Shown here piece by piece: positions 10,667 through 22,434 of a stretch of DNA of 64,000 nucleotides; position 1 is the stretch's first letter; every line of letters starts with the position of its first letter. The notes beneath the pieces are model-generated. The model saw only the letters and a program-made list of their open reading frames with translations. It was not told the DNA's origin and searched no databases. Location of the stretch: NCBI GenBank assembly GCA_965655095.1, contig OZ296655.1:6572001-6636000 (forward strand), in the 5' to 3' direction. Source of the DNA: Haplodiscus bocki (taxonomy: Eukaryota). A program made the translations under genes and the position numbers.

Positions 10667-11149
10667 GCTGGCACTGAAAGAATAGATGTTTTACAATCTA
10701 AGACTTGCGCCTTTGGTGATTGACTTAGAAATGTAAAATTAGCTTTCGTTTTATGAATTACGAGTCTTCATTCCAAGAAGACTCGACAAAAACATAAAAC
10801 GTAGGATCGAAGATGCTAAGCACAAATGGAATAGAAAAGTTGAACAGATAATATCAAAACACCAAGAAAGCCTCATTATTTAAAAGAAATGTAGCTCCAG
10901 AAACACGGAACATAAACAAAAGCACAAATTTTTAGAACAGTGCTTTTGTAATAGACTCCGCAGAAAATTGCTCAGCAAATTTCTTAATTATGTGGGAGCA
11001 GATTTTCGTCGACGCTTAAGTAGAATTAAAAAAATGGCTATAGCAGTAAAAGTTTTTTTAAGATGGAATAGCCCATTTAGTATACGTTCTTGCTAACTCT
11101 AACTTAGCTGACCTCAATTTTCCTCTCATATATTCGCCTTTCATCGCTG

Positions 11150-12210
11150 AAAAAGATTACTTCGGTTATGTCGACCAATTTCAGCTTCTATTTCCTAAGC
11201 TCATCCTTCAGTTGGTTTTTAGGTAAGTATCGTTTTCTGCAAATCTAAAAAGAAGTTAATAATGTTTTGTTTCATACATCACAGACTACTTTTTTATTCA
11301 AAAAGCACACACTAGAGGGACCCTCCAAAAGCTCAAGTTGGCTTATGGAAGCAGGACCGTCAAACAAGTCATTAGAAAGGGAGTACATTAACAGAACATT
11401 ATTTCAGCAATTAGTTGACACAAGTAATAGCTTATCAATTCTCAATTTTCGAAAAGTACAAGGAGAAATAGTAGATTTTAATATATGGTTCCGCATTGGT
11501 AATTAAAAAAATGAGTAATCGAGCACTACGTGTACTAAGAACAATTCCTCTGACACCATATTGAAATTATCCTTCTCAAATTTCTTAGATTTTTCTACTT
11601 AGATACTCATTGTAACTTGATAAGGGATTTTTCTTTATTCAGCTTTGTTATTACTTGTTGGAAACTCGCTGAAAGTATCATGTAACTCAATGCTTCTCTT
11701 CATGAGGTTAATCTATATTATATCGAAGTGAACTCTTTTTTTTTCTACAACTCCTCAAAATTGTAGATGAGTCTAAATTGATTCGATACATTTGATCAAC
11801 GATTACTCAGCATCTTTGAAAAACACTGTAAATATATTTTTGTCTAATGTCGCCTGAAGACCTGCCAAGTCTGGTTTTGGGATTTGAAGATTTAGTAGTG
11901 ACTTCCCTCCCATTCATGTTTCTACGGAAAGTAAAATCTAAATAGGTACGAGAATGAACGGTTGAAGTCAGTTTGGTTACAACACTATCACTTGAGCGAA
12001 AAAAACCGTTGTGTATCAGAGGATCAATTCTGCTGGATAGGTTTTCAGTGACTCCCGCTGGCATCAGAAAATTTTGGGAGAGACCATTTTCATTTATGGT
12101 ATTCAAATTTCTACTAAGTGTAGAACATTCTGAATGGTCAGGGTTCATGCTACCCAGAACAAAAAAACTCTCCGAAAGTATTGAAAGTCTTGCAATATTG
12201 CTTGGATATC
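11150..12210 (-). mobile_element. Decayed LINE ORF2 (3' part of AP endonuclease plus RT remnants), interrupted by the Polinton
   Basis: VLGSMN...GLSQNFLMPAGVTENLSSRID...STVHSRT matches decayed GDFN / PTR / ID / SDH motifs. FLDLQKT at ~11240 matches RT FLDLSKAF. Confidence 0.65.
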
Positions 12211-12373
12211 AGTAAAGGAAGGAGGGGGGTTTGCTGCAATTTTTGACTCCCAAACCGAAAATTTTCTAAGTCAAAAAGGTCAAAGTAAAAAACCATTTGA
12301 AACTGAATTTTGTTGACTGAGCACAGAGTAAGTAAACCCACTGTCAAAAATCTTTCACAAGGCAAATTTTCTA
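12211..12373 (+). repeat. Polinton left TIR
   Basis: agtaaaggaaggagggggg...ggcaaattttcta is an inverted match to 26330-26495 (roughly 80-85% by eye). Confidence 0.9.
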
Positions 12374-12743
12374 CGTTGTTCTCACTGTTGGCAACCGAAA
12401 CTTAACAAAGCCAACAAAGTTGATTGTCGACTGTCTTTTTTGAAAATTTCAATCTGATAATTCCTTTTCTTAACTATTGTAACGAAAGCAAGAATCAGCT
12501 TCTCAAACTATTACTAATCAGCAAAACATCTAAAAAATGTTCTGTTTCACTTTTATTTAAATTCGATTTATCGGAAAACGGGAACCAGCAGAAAAAGTCG
12601 TGGTCCATTGCAAATGGAAAATGAAAAAAAATTAAAAACAAAAATTTCGAACGTTTCCGGCGTGTTTCGTGTGAAGCTGAAAATTGAACACTTCTGGACC
12701 ACGTCCTTTGCGAGTTACACATTTGTTTATTTGAACCTGCACA

Positions 12744-15700
12744 AGGTTTCCTTGTTGTGAATGTGGTAGATTATTGAGCTCAAAACGTGCTTCAAGTGAT
12801 CACAAGCGAAAGAAGCACAATTTTGAAGCGATTGATCTGATCAAAGTTTCCAAATGTGGTCATTGTGAGGATTCTTTCACAAAATATTGCAAATTTTTGC
12901 GCCATCTAAGGAACCATTACAAATCATCGGGCAACTATCGATGTTTCTCTTGTCCAACCTACTTTGGAAGCCTCTCAAATTTGACTCAACACCAAGAACA
13001 GTATCATAGCGATGTATCTCTTGGTAGACCGAAAATCAACGTCTCCGATTTGCTCGATTTCACAACTGAAGCCGTTAATTCTAAATTCCAACTTCATCAA
13101 TTCAAGCTTGAGGACTCTGATGGTCTGGAACCGTTCAACTACAATATTTCTCAGAAATATAGAATCACTGTATTTGTGAATTCTTTATTGAGCGTGACTC
13201 CAAACGTTAAACCCGGTCTAAGCACTACAGTGAAACTGAAAAAGCCTTTGGAGAGCAAGGTAGTAGAGGCTTTTTTCAGTTCGGCCATATCTCGAGTTTC
13301 TTCTCAGCTCACCGATGTCGAGTATTTGTAGCATGTGGATGCCTTGATGACACAATTGAATATCTTCGCCACAGGTGGTTCGGGATGGATGTTTGGAACA
13401 TTGACACTGTTGGAAATCAAAACAGTCTCCTGTAGTAAAATTACTGTTGGCTCATTTATAGAAACGCCACCAATTCTCGAACTACTGAATTGCTCGATTT
13501 TGAATGTTGTGAATAAACGTTATGACTTCTGCTTCTTGTATTGCGTTGCAGCTGCTCTATTCTCTTTCATCGGAAGAGCTAAAAGTCCAAAGAACCATAA
13601 GAAAAACATCGAGCGGCTATCTTTCAACTCAAAGCTAATGCCGATGCTTCTGTCCGCGATTCCTTCTTGTGAGAAACGGAATCGTTGCTCAATCAATGTT
13701 TATCAGATGGAGATCTCCAAGTTAGTGTCCGTGTATCACGGTAGCAATCGAAGAGAAAGACACAAAATTGATCTTCTCCGCCTAATGGATAACCTAAACA
13801 GTCATTATTGCCTGATTAAAAATTTCTCGAGTCCTATTCATTTCCTAACTAGGTCCAGAATGAAGCACGACAGGGGACCAAAATCGCGCTTTTGCCGAAA
13901 CTTCTTTCAACCGATAATTAAAAAGAAAGTCAAGAAACACGTTTCGTTTTACGAAAATAACGCACCACTTGAGATTCGAATGCCTCTTGAATCACCAAGA
14001 ACTGAGTTCGTCAATTGGGACAAAACGCAAAAGTGTTCCTTTGTTGTTTATGCTGACCTTGAAGCAGTCAAGGTGGCTTCAGCACAATTTCCTCAAACTA
14101 AACGTGGGACAAAAGAAATTGAAAAGCACTATGCACCAAGCTATGGAGCAGTCCTGGTTGATTCTAGGAGTTAGTTGAACTTTGCCTATATCTCAGTGAG
14201 GTTATGGAAAAAATCTAATCTTTACCACTTTTGTTGACCTTATTCAAGTTTTAACTCGGCTGCGCTCAAAGTGATTTTCGTTTCAGCGAGTGGAATTGTT
14301 AAACAAGGTTTCTACCGGGAATTGGACTGTAATGAAAAGTTGTTGGACATGTTGCGTGATTGGTTATTTTGGTGCTACGGTGAGAAACAGATGTTCAGAC
14401 GTTTAATCGTTTCAGAGCAGCAGCGGAAGCGAATGTTGAACGTGGCAACTGTTTCATGCTGCTGATGTGGCATGGATGTGGAAAAATCAGCTCGATTGAT
14501 TCATCACTGTCATCTTTCAGGAATAATTTTTGGCGTTGCCTAATCACAATGCAATCTGAGAGCCAGAATGACGACTTTCTTACCAGTCTTTTTCCAAAAT
14601 TTACCGAGATACGATGCTCACCATATTTCGAATTGAAACACTTGAAATTAAAGGTGGGTGAAAAATTGTCTTCAATTGCCAAAACGGATGAAACATACAT
14701 TTCATTCAGCATCAATATACCTGTGGGCACTTACAAAAAGCAATCGGGGCAAACGGTTGAATTGTATCAATTTCTTCGCTTCCTCGACAGCTATCAATTT
14801 GTTTCTCAAAGTCTAGAAAGTCTTGCAAAGGAACTGAAGAAAGATGACTTGTTCTTACTCAAGCAATTCTTTCACAATGTTCGGGACCAAATTTTTTTCA
14901 AGCTCACTCAGAAAGGTTTTTTCCTTACAGTTAACTCGACTGTTTTGAAAAGTTTAAAGAGCTTTTTCCAAATTATGGTGATGCTTGGAAAAATAGTCTC
15001 TCTGGTGAAATCGGTATTACTGATTCTGACTATCAACATGCAGTCAGTGTTTACGATGATTTTGGTTGGCAAAACCCGAGCGACTATCACGCCGTGTATC
15101 TAAATACTGATCTGCTTCTTTTGGCTGATATTTTTGAAAATCTTCTAAGTGTCTGCCTAAATGCTTACAGGCTGGATTCCTCTATTTTTATTCGGCTCCT
15201 AATTTGAGCTGGGAGTCTATGCTCATTTCCACAAAAGCGAAGTTGGCACTGTTGCAAGACATTGACATGCTGTTATTTTTTGAGTGTGGCGTTCGCGGTA
15301 GAAATAATGGAGTTGGAGAACTACGTCATTTCCCAGCAAACAACGCCCATCTCGACAATTTTGATCCGAGACAAAAAACAACGTTCGGCTCTTTTTACGA
15401 TGTAACTTCACTTTACGCCGCGACAAAGCAAAAAATCATGCCTTTAGATAAATACAATTGAACACAGAAATCACAATCGAACAAATTAAGAAAACTTCTG
15501 AAAATTCAAGCGTTGGGTACTTTGTAGGAGTTTATCCGAAGTATCCCCAATATCTACATGATCTGCACAATGGACTGCCTTTAGCACCTAAAAAGTTGAT
15601 CATACGGTCCTCATGGTTTTCACCTTTTGCCATGTTTTTTGGCATTCAACCCAACAAAACGCCGAAACCGGTCGAGACGCTATTGGACAAGGAAAATAAT

Positions 15701-16622
15701 GTCTGTCATTTCGAAAATTTGAATTTTTATGTAAAACATGGTTTGGTCGCCGATGAAATACATCGCGTGTGCGAGTTTGAGCAAAGCAAGTGGTTAGGTG
15801 TGTACTTAGAAAAAAACACTGTTATGCGCAAAAAAGCTAAGAATGACTTTCATAAGAACTTCTACAAGTTGATGAGCAACGCATGTTTCGGGAAAACCAT
15901 GGAAAACTTGAGAAAGCGATCGGTTAAAGGATTTGTTTCCAATCATCAGCAAGCAGAAACCTATGCTCAGAGAGCAATTTTCAAACCCTTTCAAATTTTT
16001 AGGCGAGATTTGGTTTCTGTATCTTTCAAAAAATCGTATGTGGTATGGACAAAGCCTACTCCTGTGGGAGCTGCCATTCTACATTTGTCCAAATTGTCTT
16101 TGTACAAGCTTCATTACGAGGAAATGATCCCTCGTTATTGGCCAAGTCATTTGAAAGTAGCCTATAAAGACACCGACTCTCTGTTCTACCTGATTGAAAC
16201 CCTTGATCTCTTCAAAGATATGGGGTCTTTCAAACAATTGCTTGATCTTTCAGGTTACCCGCAAGACCACTTTTTGCACGATCCAACAAGTAAGAAATTT
16301 CCGCTAACTATGACAGATGAATTACAAGGCAAAGTTTTACGCGAAGTTGTTTGCTTACGATCCAAACTCTATAGCATCGACTACGTTGGTGGGTTGAAGC
16401 AGAGCGCCAAGGGCGTACAAGAGTCAGTTGAAAAAACTCTATATCACGATTTGTTTAGACACTACCTCTTCTCAAAAGACACAGTTGCGTTCACACGGTC
16501 ATCAAATTGTAGTCAATGAGATTGATAATGCCGCAGTCAGCTCATTTGATGACAAACGCTTCCTTCTGGATAATGTTGTTTCTTCACTTGCCTATGGACA
16601 CTACATAATTGGAAGTACTTGA
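12744..16622 (+). pseudogene. polB: Protein-primed family B DNA polymerase with 3 N-terminal C2H2 fingers, an endonuclease VII-like insertion and one predicted intron; stops and frameshifts
   Basis: Exonuclease motifs YADLE and FLDSYQF; polymerase motifs YDVTSLY, KLMSNACFGKT, YKDTDS, RSKLYS, KGV; HHCHLSG...CNL at ~14500. The start codon appears mutated ATG>AGG at 12744 relative to the copy at 203. Confidence 0.92.
14170..14286 (+). other. Predicted GT-AG spliceosomal intron (117 bp, phase 1) in pPolB
   Basis: GAT TCT AGG A|gttagt...gattttcgtttcag|CG AGT GGA. Removal joins YGAVLVDSR-T-SGIVKQGFYRELDC in frame and removes stop codons. Confidence 0.75.
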
Positions 16623-17292
16623 GTGACACTACAGACCAACAAACAGGTCGCTGTTTCAAAATGTTTCCAATTCTTTGGTTTCTCCAACCAGAGTCTTTGG
16701 GAAACTCTTCACACTTTTTTTCTTCTGTTCAGGTTACTCAAATGGTTACGACTCTTCGTCATTCTATAGTGACTCGACCTTTTTCACCAGTAGTTCCTGC
16801 TCTTCCGCTACTGATCTGGACTCTGAGTCGTCGAATTACAGCCAGACAACGCAACTTCGTGGCTCTCTGCATGATGTGCTCAAAACATTACCTTCCTCTT
16901 GTAAGTTGTGGCAAAGCAAGAATTTTCTTTGCGTAAAGTCAAACTTCTACAGCAGTAACTATTGCATTGGTCTTTAATTACGTATGGTAAAGGTTCGCGT
17001 GGTTCTTTTCATCCGTTCGTTAAAATCAACGCTTTCTTTTTTAGCATGGTACACAGATCTTGGTTTCAACCAGCCTCCTATATCGGATCGCGAACTATCC
17101 GACTTTGTTGACTGGGATCAACTATCTTCAATGGCTGACGATAACGATGTTTATTCTGGTCCAGGCCCAATATGTCCCTTCAATGACAGGGAAGCCGAAG
17201 AGGAAGACCTAGTAGATTTGCCAGCTTTCAGAAAAAGCAGGAGGCGAGCCTTCTTGAGCGAAGGCAGTGACACAGATGAAAGTGTGGCCTAA
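16619..17292 (+). CDS. Predicted 3-exon acidic Ser-rich accessory protein (exons 16619-16646, 16733-16900, 17045-17292)
   Basis: Introns gtcgct...tcttctgttcag (16647-16732) and gtaagt...tttcttttttag (16901-17044), both phase 1, join three separate ORFs into one frame. The start is TTG, overlapping the pPolB stop (probably a mutated ATG). Confidence 0.65.
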
Positions 17293-17364
17293 ACACTAGT
17301 AAACTTTCAACGTCTTCGCATCACAGTCTTGCCTTAATTTTAAATTCAATACTAATCGACATTT

Positions 17365-17951
17365 TTACGAGGTTCTATATTTAAATTGACTATATTTAAC
17401 ATGTTCATTAAAAAAGCGTACTGTATCAATTTCAGTGGTTTGCATTAAAAAGGGATTTTTTTGCAGTTTGTAAACGTTGAAGGGTTTCCTGACCAGATAG
17501 TGTACTAGATACAAGCAGTACAAACCACACATGTTAGAATGAAGTTTTTGCAAGGGTTGGTTGATCGTTTGGAATCCTCCACATTTTCTGCTGTAGAAAT
17601 TGTAGTCTGCTGAAATTGTAGTCTGCTGTAGAATTGATCAAATTAGCATAGAGGCCTGCCGAGGCAATCCCAATCAAAAATTCCAACGTGATCACCATTG
17701 TCGCTTGCACACAGTAAAATCCAATGCTGACCGCTTTTATTTGACAGCGAGCAGTTTATTTTTTGAAATTTCCTCAGTTGTGAAACTTTCAAGCTTTACT
17801 CTTTTTTCTTTTTGTCGGGCCTGCTGGTTTTTTGTTTTTCCACGCAGTCTATCTTGCATTTAGGGAAATAGTCCGACCACCAAACGCCACCAAAAACGTG
17901 CAATGTACTGGAACACTTTGTTGCAATTTTTGCAATTGTGAAGTTATCCAT
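17365..17951 (-). pseudogene. Adenain-like cysteine maturation protease
   Basis: MDNFTI...FGGVWWSDYFP, GQHWILL, DWDCLG, QKLHSNMCGLYCLY (His/Asp/Gln/Cys). Frameshifted. Confidence 0.85.
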
Positions 17952-19350
17952 CGATTATTGTCTTCTTGGAGATGTTTGAGGCAGAATCGGTGAGCACTTG
18001 ACTGAACCGCCCACCAATTAGAAATAATTCAATTGCATCTTCAAGAGCATTGGAGAAATACAATTTCAAGGTTAAACTCGATCCCGTGAGTTCGGGAAAC
18101 AAGGTAAGGCTTCTGCTAGCCTCTTCCGTTGACGTTAGATCGAAAACGAGGAAAAAATGATTGTCCTCGAAATCTTCCATTTTTATCCCGTTCCCATTTT
18201 TGTTTAACACAAGAGCCGTAAATGTATTGTAACAAAGCCTAACTTTGTTACTCGTGTCTATTGGAGTCCCAGCCAGGGGCACCCCGTTCCCGCGCTGTAT
18301 TTCTATACGCTGTAAGTTGAACTTTTGATATGAAAAAAGCAAATAGTTCAAAGCTGTACATCGAAGCAGTGAATTTTTCACCATACACAAAGTTAACCTT
18401 CTGATTGGCTCCGTTCCAAACACGTTTTCTTTCACAAAACAGTTTTGACTTTCTTGTATGATTAAACGTTTGTTCAAATTTTCAATGTAGGGGTAAATAG
18501 CTGAACTCTTTACGAGAGCCTTCTGAATCGACAATTTCACACTGTCCGTAACCACTGCTCTGCGCAGAAAAAGCGAATCTTTCTCAAAAATTGCTTGCAC
18601 TTTACAATCAAGAGCCTTAGCTTCGTCATCGGTTCCCTTCATAAAAAGCATCGTGTTTTTGGGAGAACAAAAAAATCGTAAATGAATTTGGACGCCGGGC
18701 ACCAAAAGTTTCTCGCAGTCAGAAAGGTCAATATGTAATGCTCCATAGAGATCGGTCGTGCATTGTTTTTGGCGATCAAAATCAGCGTGAAATTTATTGA
18801 ACTGTTGATTTTTCTCACTTGTTTTTGCCAAGTAACCTTACCCCTGACACTTTGTCCAAGTTTGCGATCCGTCAGTGATAGCTGTAAGTTATGTTTCGAT
18901 GAACGCAGCATAAAAATACCAGTTGTTATTGTGTGAAATCAGTTTCCCGTTCAACTAATTTTCAGCGTGAGAGAACAAAATGTGAAGCGTGTTGTTCGAA
19001 AAAACTATTGGATGCTCATTTACTTTGGCGTGGGTCTTCCCGTCCTCTGTGTTGACGCCAACTTTTACACTCAACAGAATACGATTCAAGTCAATCAATT
19101 TTTTTGCTTCAGTTGTTACAAAAAAGTCCAACTGGGGGCCTCTACATCCTACATGTGGGAAATCGTCTTGATCGTAAGAACCTTCGTAATTGATCAACAT
19201 GTTAGGCTTCTCAAAAGAATCTAGAGCGCTGTGAGTGACCGGGCTCGCAATCTCCATGGCACTACCAGAAAAAGTCGTTGTTGTTGCTGTTGTTGGTAGG
19301 GCCAGATTGCTTGCTCTCTTCCTTTGTTGTCGTTGTGGTTTCACTATCAA
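17944..19350 (-). pseudogene. Polinton major capsid protein (double jelly-roll), frameshifted
   Basis: SALDSFEKP, IDLNRILL, NNTLHILFS, GALHIDL..CEKLLVPGV, FFLVFDLT, LTLKLYFSNALE are typical Polinton MCP motifs. Confidence 0.85.
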
Positions 19351-19953
19351 GCAAACTGAATTTCAGACAGAGTATCTGACCGACTTTTTTTGGCGGGACT
19401 TGATTTGGAAATGATTTGTGTCGTTGTTGATTTGGGCAAAGATGCTACTGAAATCTTCCGTCGCTTTCGATTTGTACTGCCAGTCCGCCGTGGATCCACT
19501 CCGTCCTTCCGCTTGCACGCCATCCGGCCGCCTGGCACCCCTCCGCCTCCGGAATGCGCCGCCCGCTGCGGTGCAGCACCCGCCCCGGCCGAACGGCCTG
19601 AAAATCTCGGCGCTGAGGTCTTTACAGTTTCCTTGGTAGCAGTCTCCGCAACATGTTTTAACATTTTGCCACTGGGTCTCTCCTTGCCGGCCAAAAACTT
19701 GACCAATTTCAGGTACTGCCGCTTCCAACAAACTTCTTCCTAGTTGTTTAGCTGCCGGCAGAATGTACCTCCGCACAACTGGAATTGCCACTTTTCCCAT
19801 TCGCATGGCAAACGCGCCCAAGCCACCAGCACCCGCTCCCATTTGGCGAGCCGGGCCGCTAAACGAGGCGTTTTGATGAGTTGCATGATGATGATTGTGG
19901 TCACCTCGTATTTGAGAATCATAATGAGCATCCACTTTTTTGTGTGTGATCAC
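19347..19953 (-). pseudogene. Putative virion core / membrane-active protein (one frameshift)
   Basis: RQMGAGAGGLGAF followed by an amphipathic stretch (AIPVVRRYILPAAKQLGRSLLEAA), then an Arg/Lys-rich C-terminus. Lies between MCP and minor capsid genes. Confidence 0.6.
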
Positions 19954-20111
19954 CTAATTTAACATACATACACACGATTCATTTATGATAATGATGATTA
20001 ACGGTTGGTACATTTGTTTGGTTCCGTGACTAATTGTCAAATGGCGTGGACAAGAGACAAGAAGAATATTCAACCTTCTTCGCTTGGTTATTTCTCGGTC
20101 AATTGTTCTTG

Positions 20112-21155
20112 TCAACATGTTTTGGTCCTAAGTGCTAAAGTAATGATTGTGCGGCCGCAGCTCAAAAAGGGCATGCTTTGACCCATTTCATTGGCCAGAG
20201 TCAGAGTGAGTGATTGAAATTCTGATTCGTAAATTCGCTTCCACAGCAAGTTTGAAAAACTCCTGTGGTCCACTTCTTTCCTTTCTCGATTGTCCGTGCA
20301 TGAAAACCCTTCAAGAGGAATGGAACGCAACAACGCAGTTTGTGTGTCACCCAGGATCTCAGTTTGAACCAAGTCGCAAAACAAAAACATTGTGTGACTT
20401 CCGGCTTTCAAATCAACCGGCCAATGACCTGAGTTCTATACAACTGTGATATCTCTTTGATTGTGCTGATCGTCTTGGCAGTTGCCATCAAAGTTATTTT
20501 TTGACTCCTGTCTCTGCTCGCCGTGTTGGCAGTCTCTGATTGTGGTCAAGCCCAGTATGTTTTTCAAATCTTGTGATTTTGCTCGGATAACCAAACCGTT
20601 TTGCGCCACATTCCCCCAAAACCTAACGTGAAGTTCTTGCGTCTCCCTATCAGCCATCCAGGAAAATTTTGTTGATCGCGATGTTGTATCTGTAGGTTGC
20701 TGAGTTGTTAGTGGGAGAAGTTTTCATTGTCGTTTCTTGTAGCACTTTTGACTATGGCATCCATGATATCATCAATGGATGAATAGCAACCTGGCTTTAT
20801 GTAGCGTACTTCTGGAGCAGTGAACGTCAACGCTGGTTTCACTGCTCTAAACTATCGGGCCACTCTCATTGACACAACCCCTGGTCGTCTGCTTGGAATG
20901 TTTTTGCTCCGTATTTGATGTGGCGGCGGTGACTTTGTGCGCGGCACATCTTTTGAAACGGTGATTTGGCCCTCAGTTAGATTGCGAACCATTGCCGGCC
21001 AAGAAATCTCCAGCAAAGCCACCTACCAATCCCCGGAGAGAGTCACATGTGTGGGTAGAGTGTAGTGAAACTCGACACTTGTTTCCTGGAATTTTTTCCA
21101 TGGACGCATTGGAAATTAAGTTTAGCGTGAATTCAGCACTGCCAGAAGCAGTCAT
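20112..21155 (-). pseudogene. Polinton minor capsid protein (penton), frameshifted
   Basis: N-terminal FTLNLISNASME..PGN; C-terminal MFLFCDLVQTEILGDTQTALLRSIP...GRTIITLALR. Confidence 0.85.
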
Positions 21156-21249
21156 GTCTTGAGGAGATGGAAGCCTCTCAATTTGACAGGTTGTTGATAT
21201 TACGCCGTTTGGTATTTTCAGGAACGTGCGCTCGTATTTTCTTGTCCAA

Positions 21250-22410
21250 TTTGTTTTGACTAATTTCACAAGTTCATGTTCATAAAAGTTACCTTGTATG
21301 ATTTCGTCGTTTACGTCCTTCACAACGTACGTTGGCGGATTTTTTGTAGGTTTGTGTGAAGTTGTAAAAAGCTCTTCAGTGAACTGTATCCTGTAACCAC
21401 GATGAATTGTTTCAATTTGCTTTCAAATGCGAACTCGGTCGCCGACTTTGAACTTTGGCCGTTGTGGTGGCACAGTATTGCAAAAAGAGATTAAGTAGGG
21501 AACATCTTTTTGAGACACTTAGCTTGGAGATTGGAGCCAACTTAGTCATACGACTGACTCTTTTGTTAATGATTGAGACAAACTTTTCAAGTTGGTCAAT
21601 GTATCGATTTGTGTCACGCTCATGTAAGTCTTTGAAAATGATAGTTTTCAAGGTTCTTATGTATCTGTCAGCCACAACAGATTTTGTCTACCTTCTTGTA
21701 GAGTATATTTCTTTAAGTTTTTCTTTGCAAAACTTTGCAAATTCACCAGCAAACTCTTTGCCGTGAGCAGCCCATATCTGTTCGGGAAAGTTTTTGGTTG
21801 CACAAACTTTTGGAGCATTTCTTTGCCTATTAGTTGAAATAATTTTTTTCACTGCTCGTGAACATGCTTTAGATGTCTTAGACTTCACGCCCACGACCCA
21901 TAGAAAGCAACTCAAAGTGTCGACCGCCACAAACAGATACCTAACTCCCAAATTTTCTCTGGAAAGTTGCTGCTTATCGGCCAAGTCAATAGACCAAACC
22001 TCTTTCAGTAAATAACTGATAACTTTGAGTCTCGGAAACGATTTTCGGGCAAGTTTAAATTTCTTGCAAGTTCCACTCGAGTTCAAGTAGCGATTAACAT
22101 GTTTGAGCGAGCAGTTCAATGCCCTGGCTAAAATTTTTGGACTACCAAACGACGTTGCTTTTTCTGGGTTTGTATAGGCATCGTGAATCTTGGTATATTC
22201 AACTGCGAACGGATCATCATCTTCAATCATAACTCGACTTCTTGAACATTTTGAACATGGAAAGTTGTCAATATGTTCAGTTTTGTTTTCCAACACAGAA
22301 CAAGTGAAGTGAACTAAACTACACACATGGCACCACACCGTAGGGTTTTGTTCTAATCCTTTACCCAACCACTTTTGGCAGCACCCGCAGAACCACTTCT
22401 TTGGCGCCAT
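21250..22410 (-). pseudogene. Retroviral-like (rve) integrase with N-terminal PHD finger
   Basis: WSIDLAD, YLFVAVDTLS, GKEFAGEF, VADRYIRTLK, HRGYRIQFTEELF, IQGNFYEHEL. The N-terminus has a C4-H-C3 pattern. Confidence 0.9.
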
Positions 22411-22434
22411 TTGTCGAACAGTAGATTCAGAGAG

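Noticed and set aside
736-12210. Myb exon and 1418-aa ORF as cargo of a composite Polinton
   Set aside because: The flanking TIRs are outer ends of two separate elements. The 12211-26495 element has its own TSD and interrupts a LINE, so the genes lie outside both.
12774-16622. Programmed frameshifting or stop-codon recoding in pPolB
   Set aside because: Stops and shifts occur in nearly all Polinton genes alongside substitutions in conserved motifs and diverged TIRs, consistent with neutral decay. Only the GT-AG bounded, frame-restoring gap was kept.
20973-21323. Integrase-penton in-frame fusion
   Set aside because: The read-through is easily explained by a lost stop (TGG after KLVKTN) in a heavily mutated copy; the penton has its own ATG at 21155.
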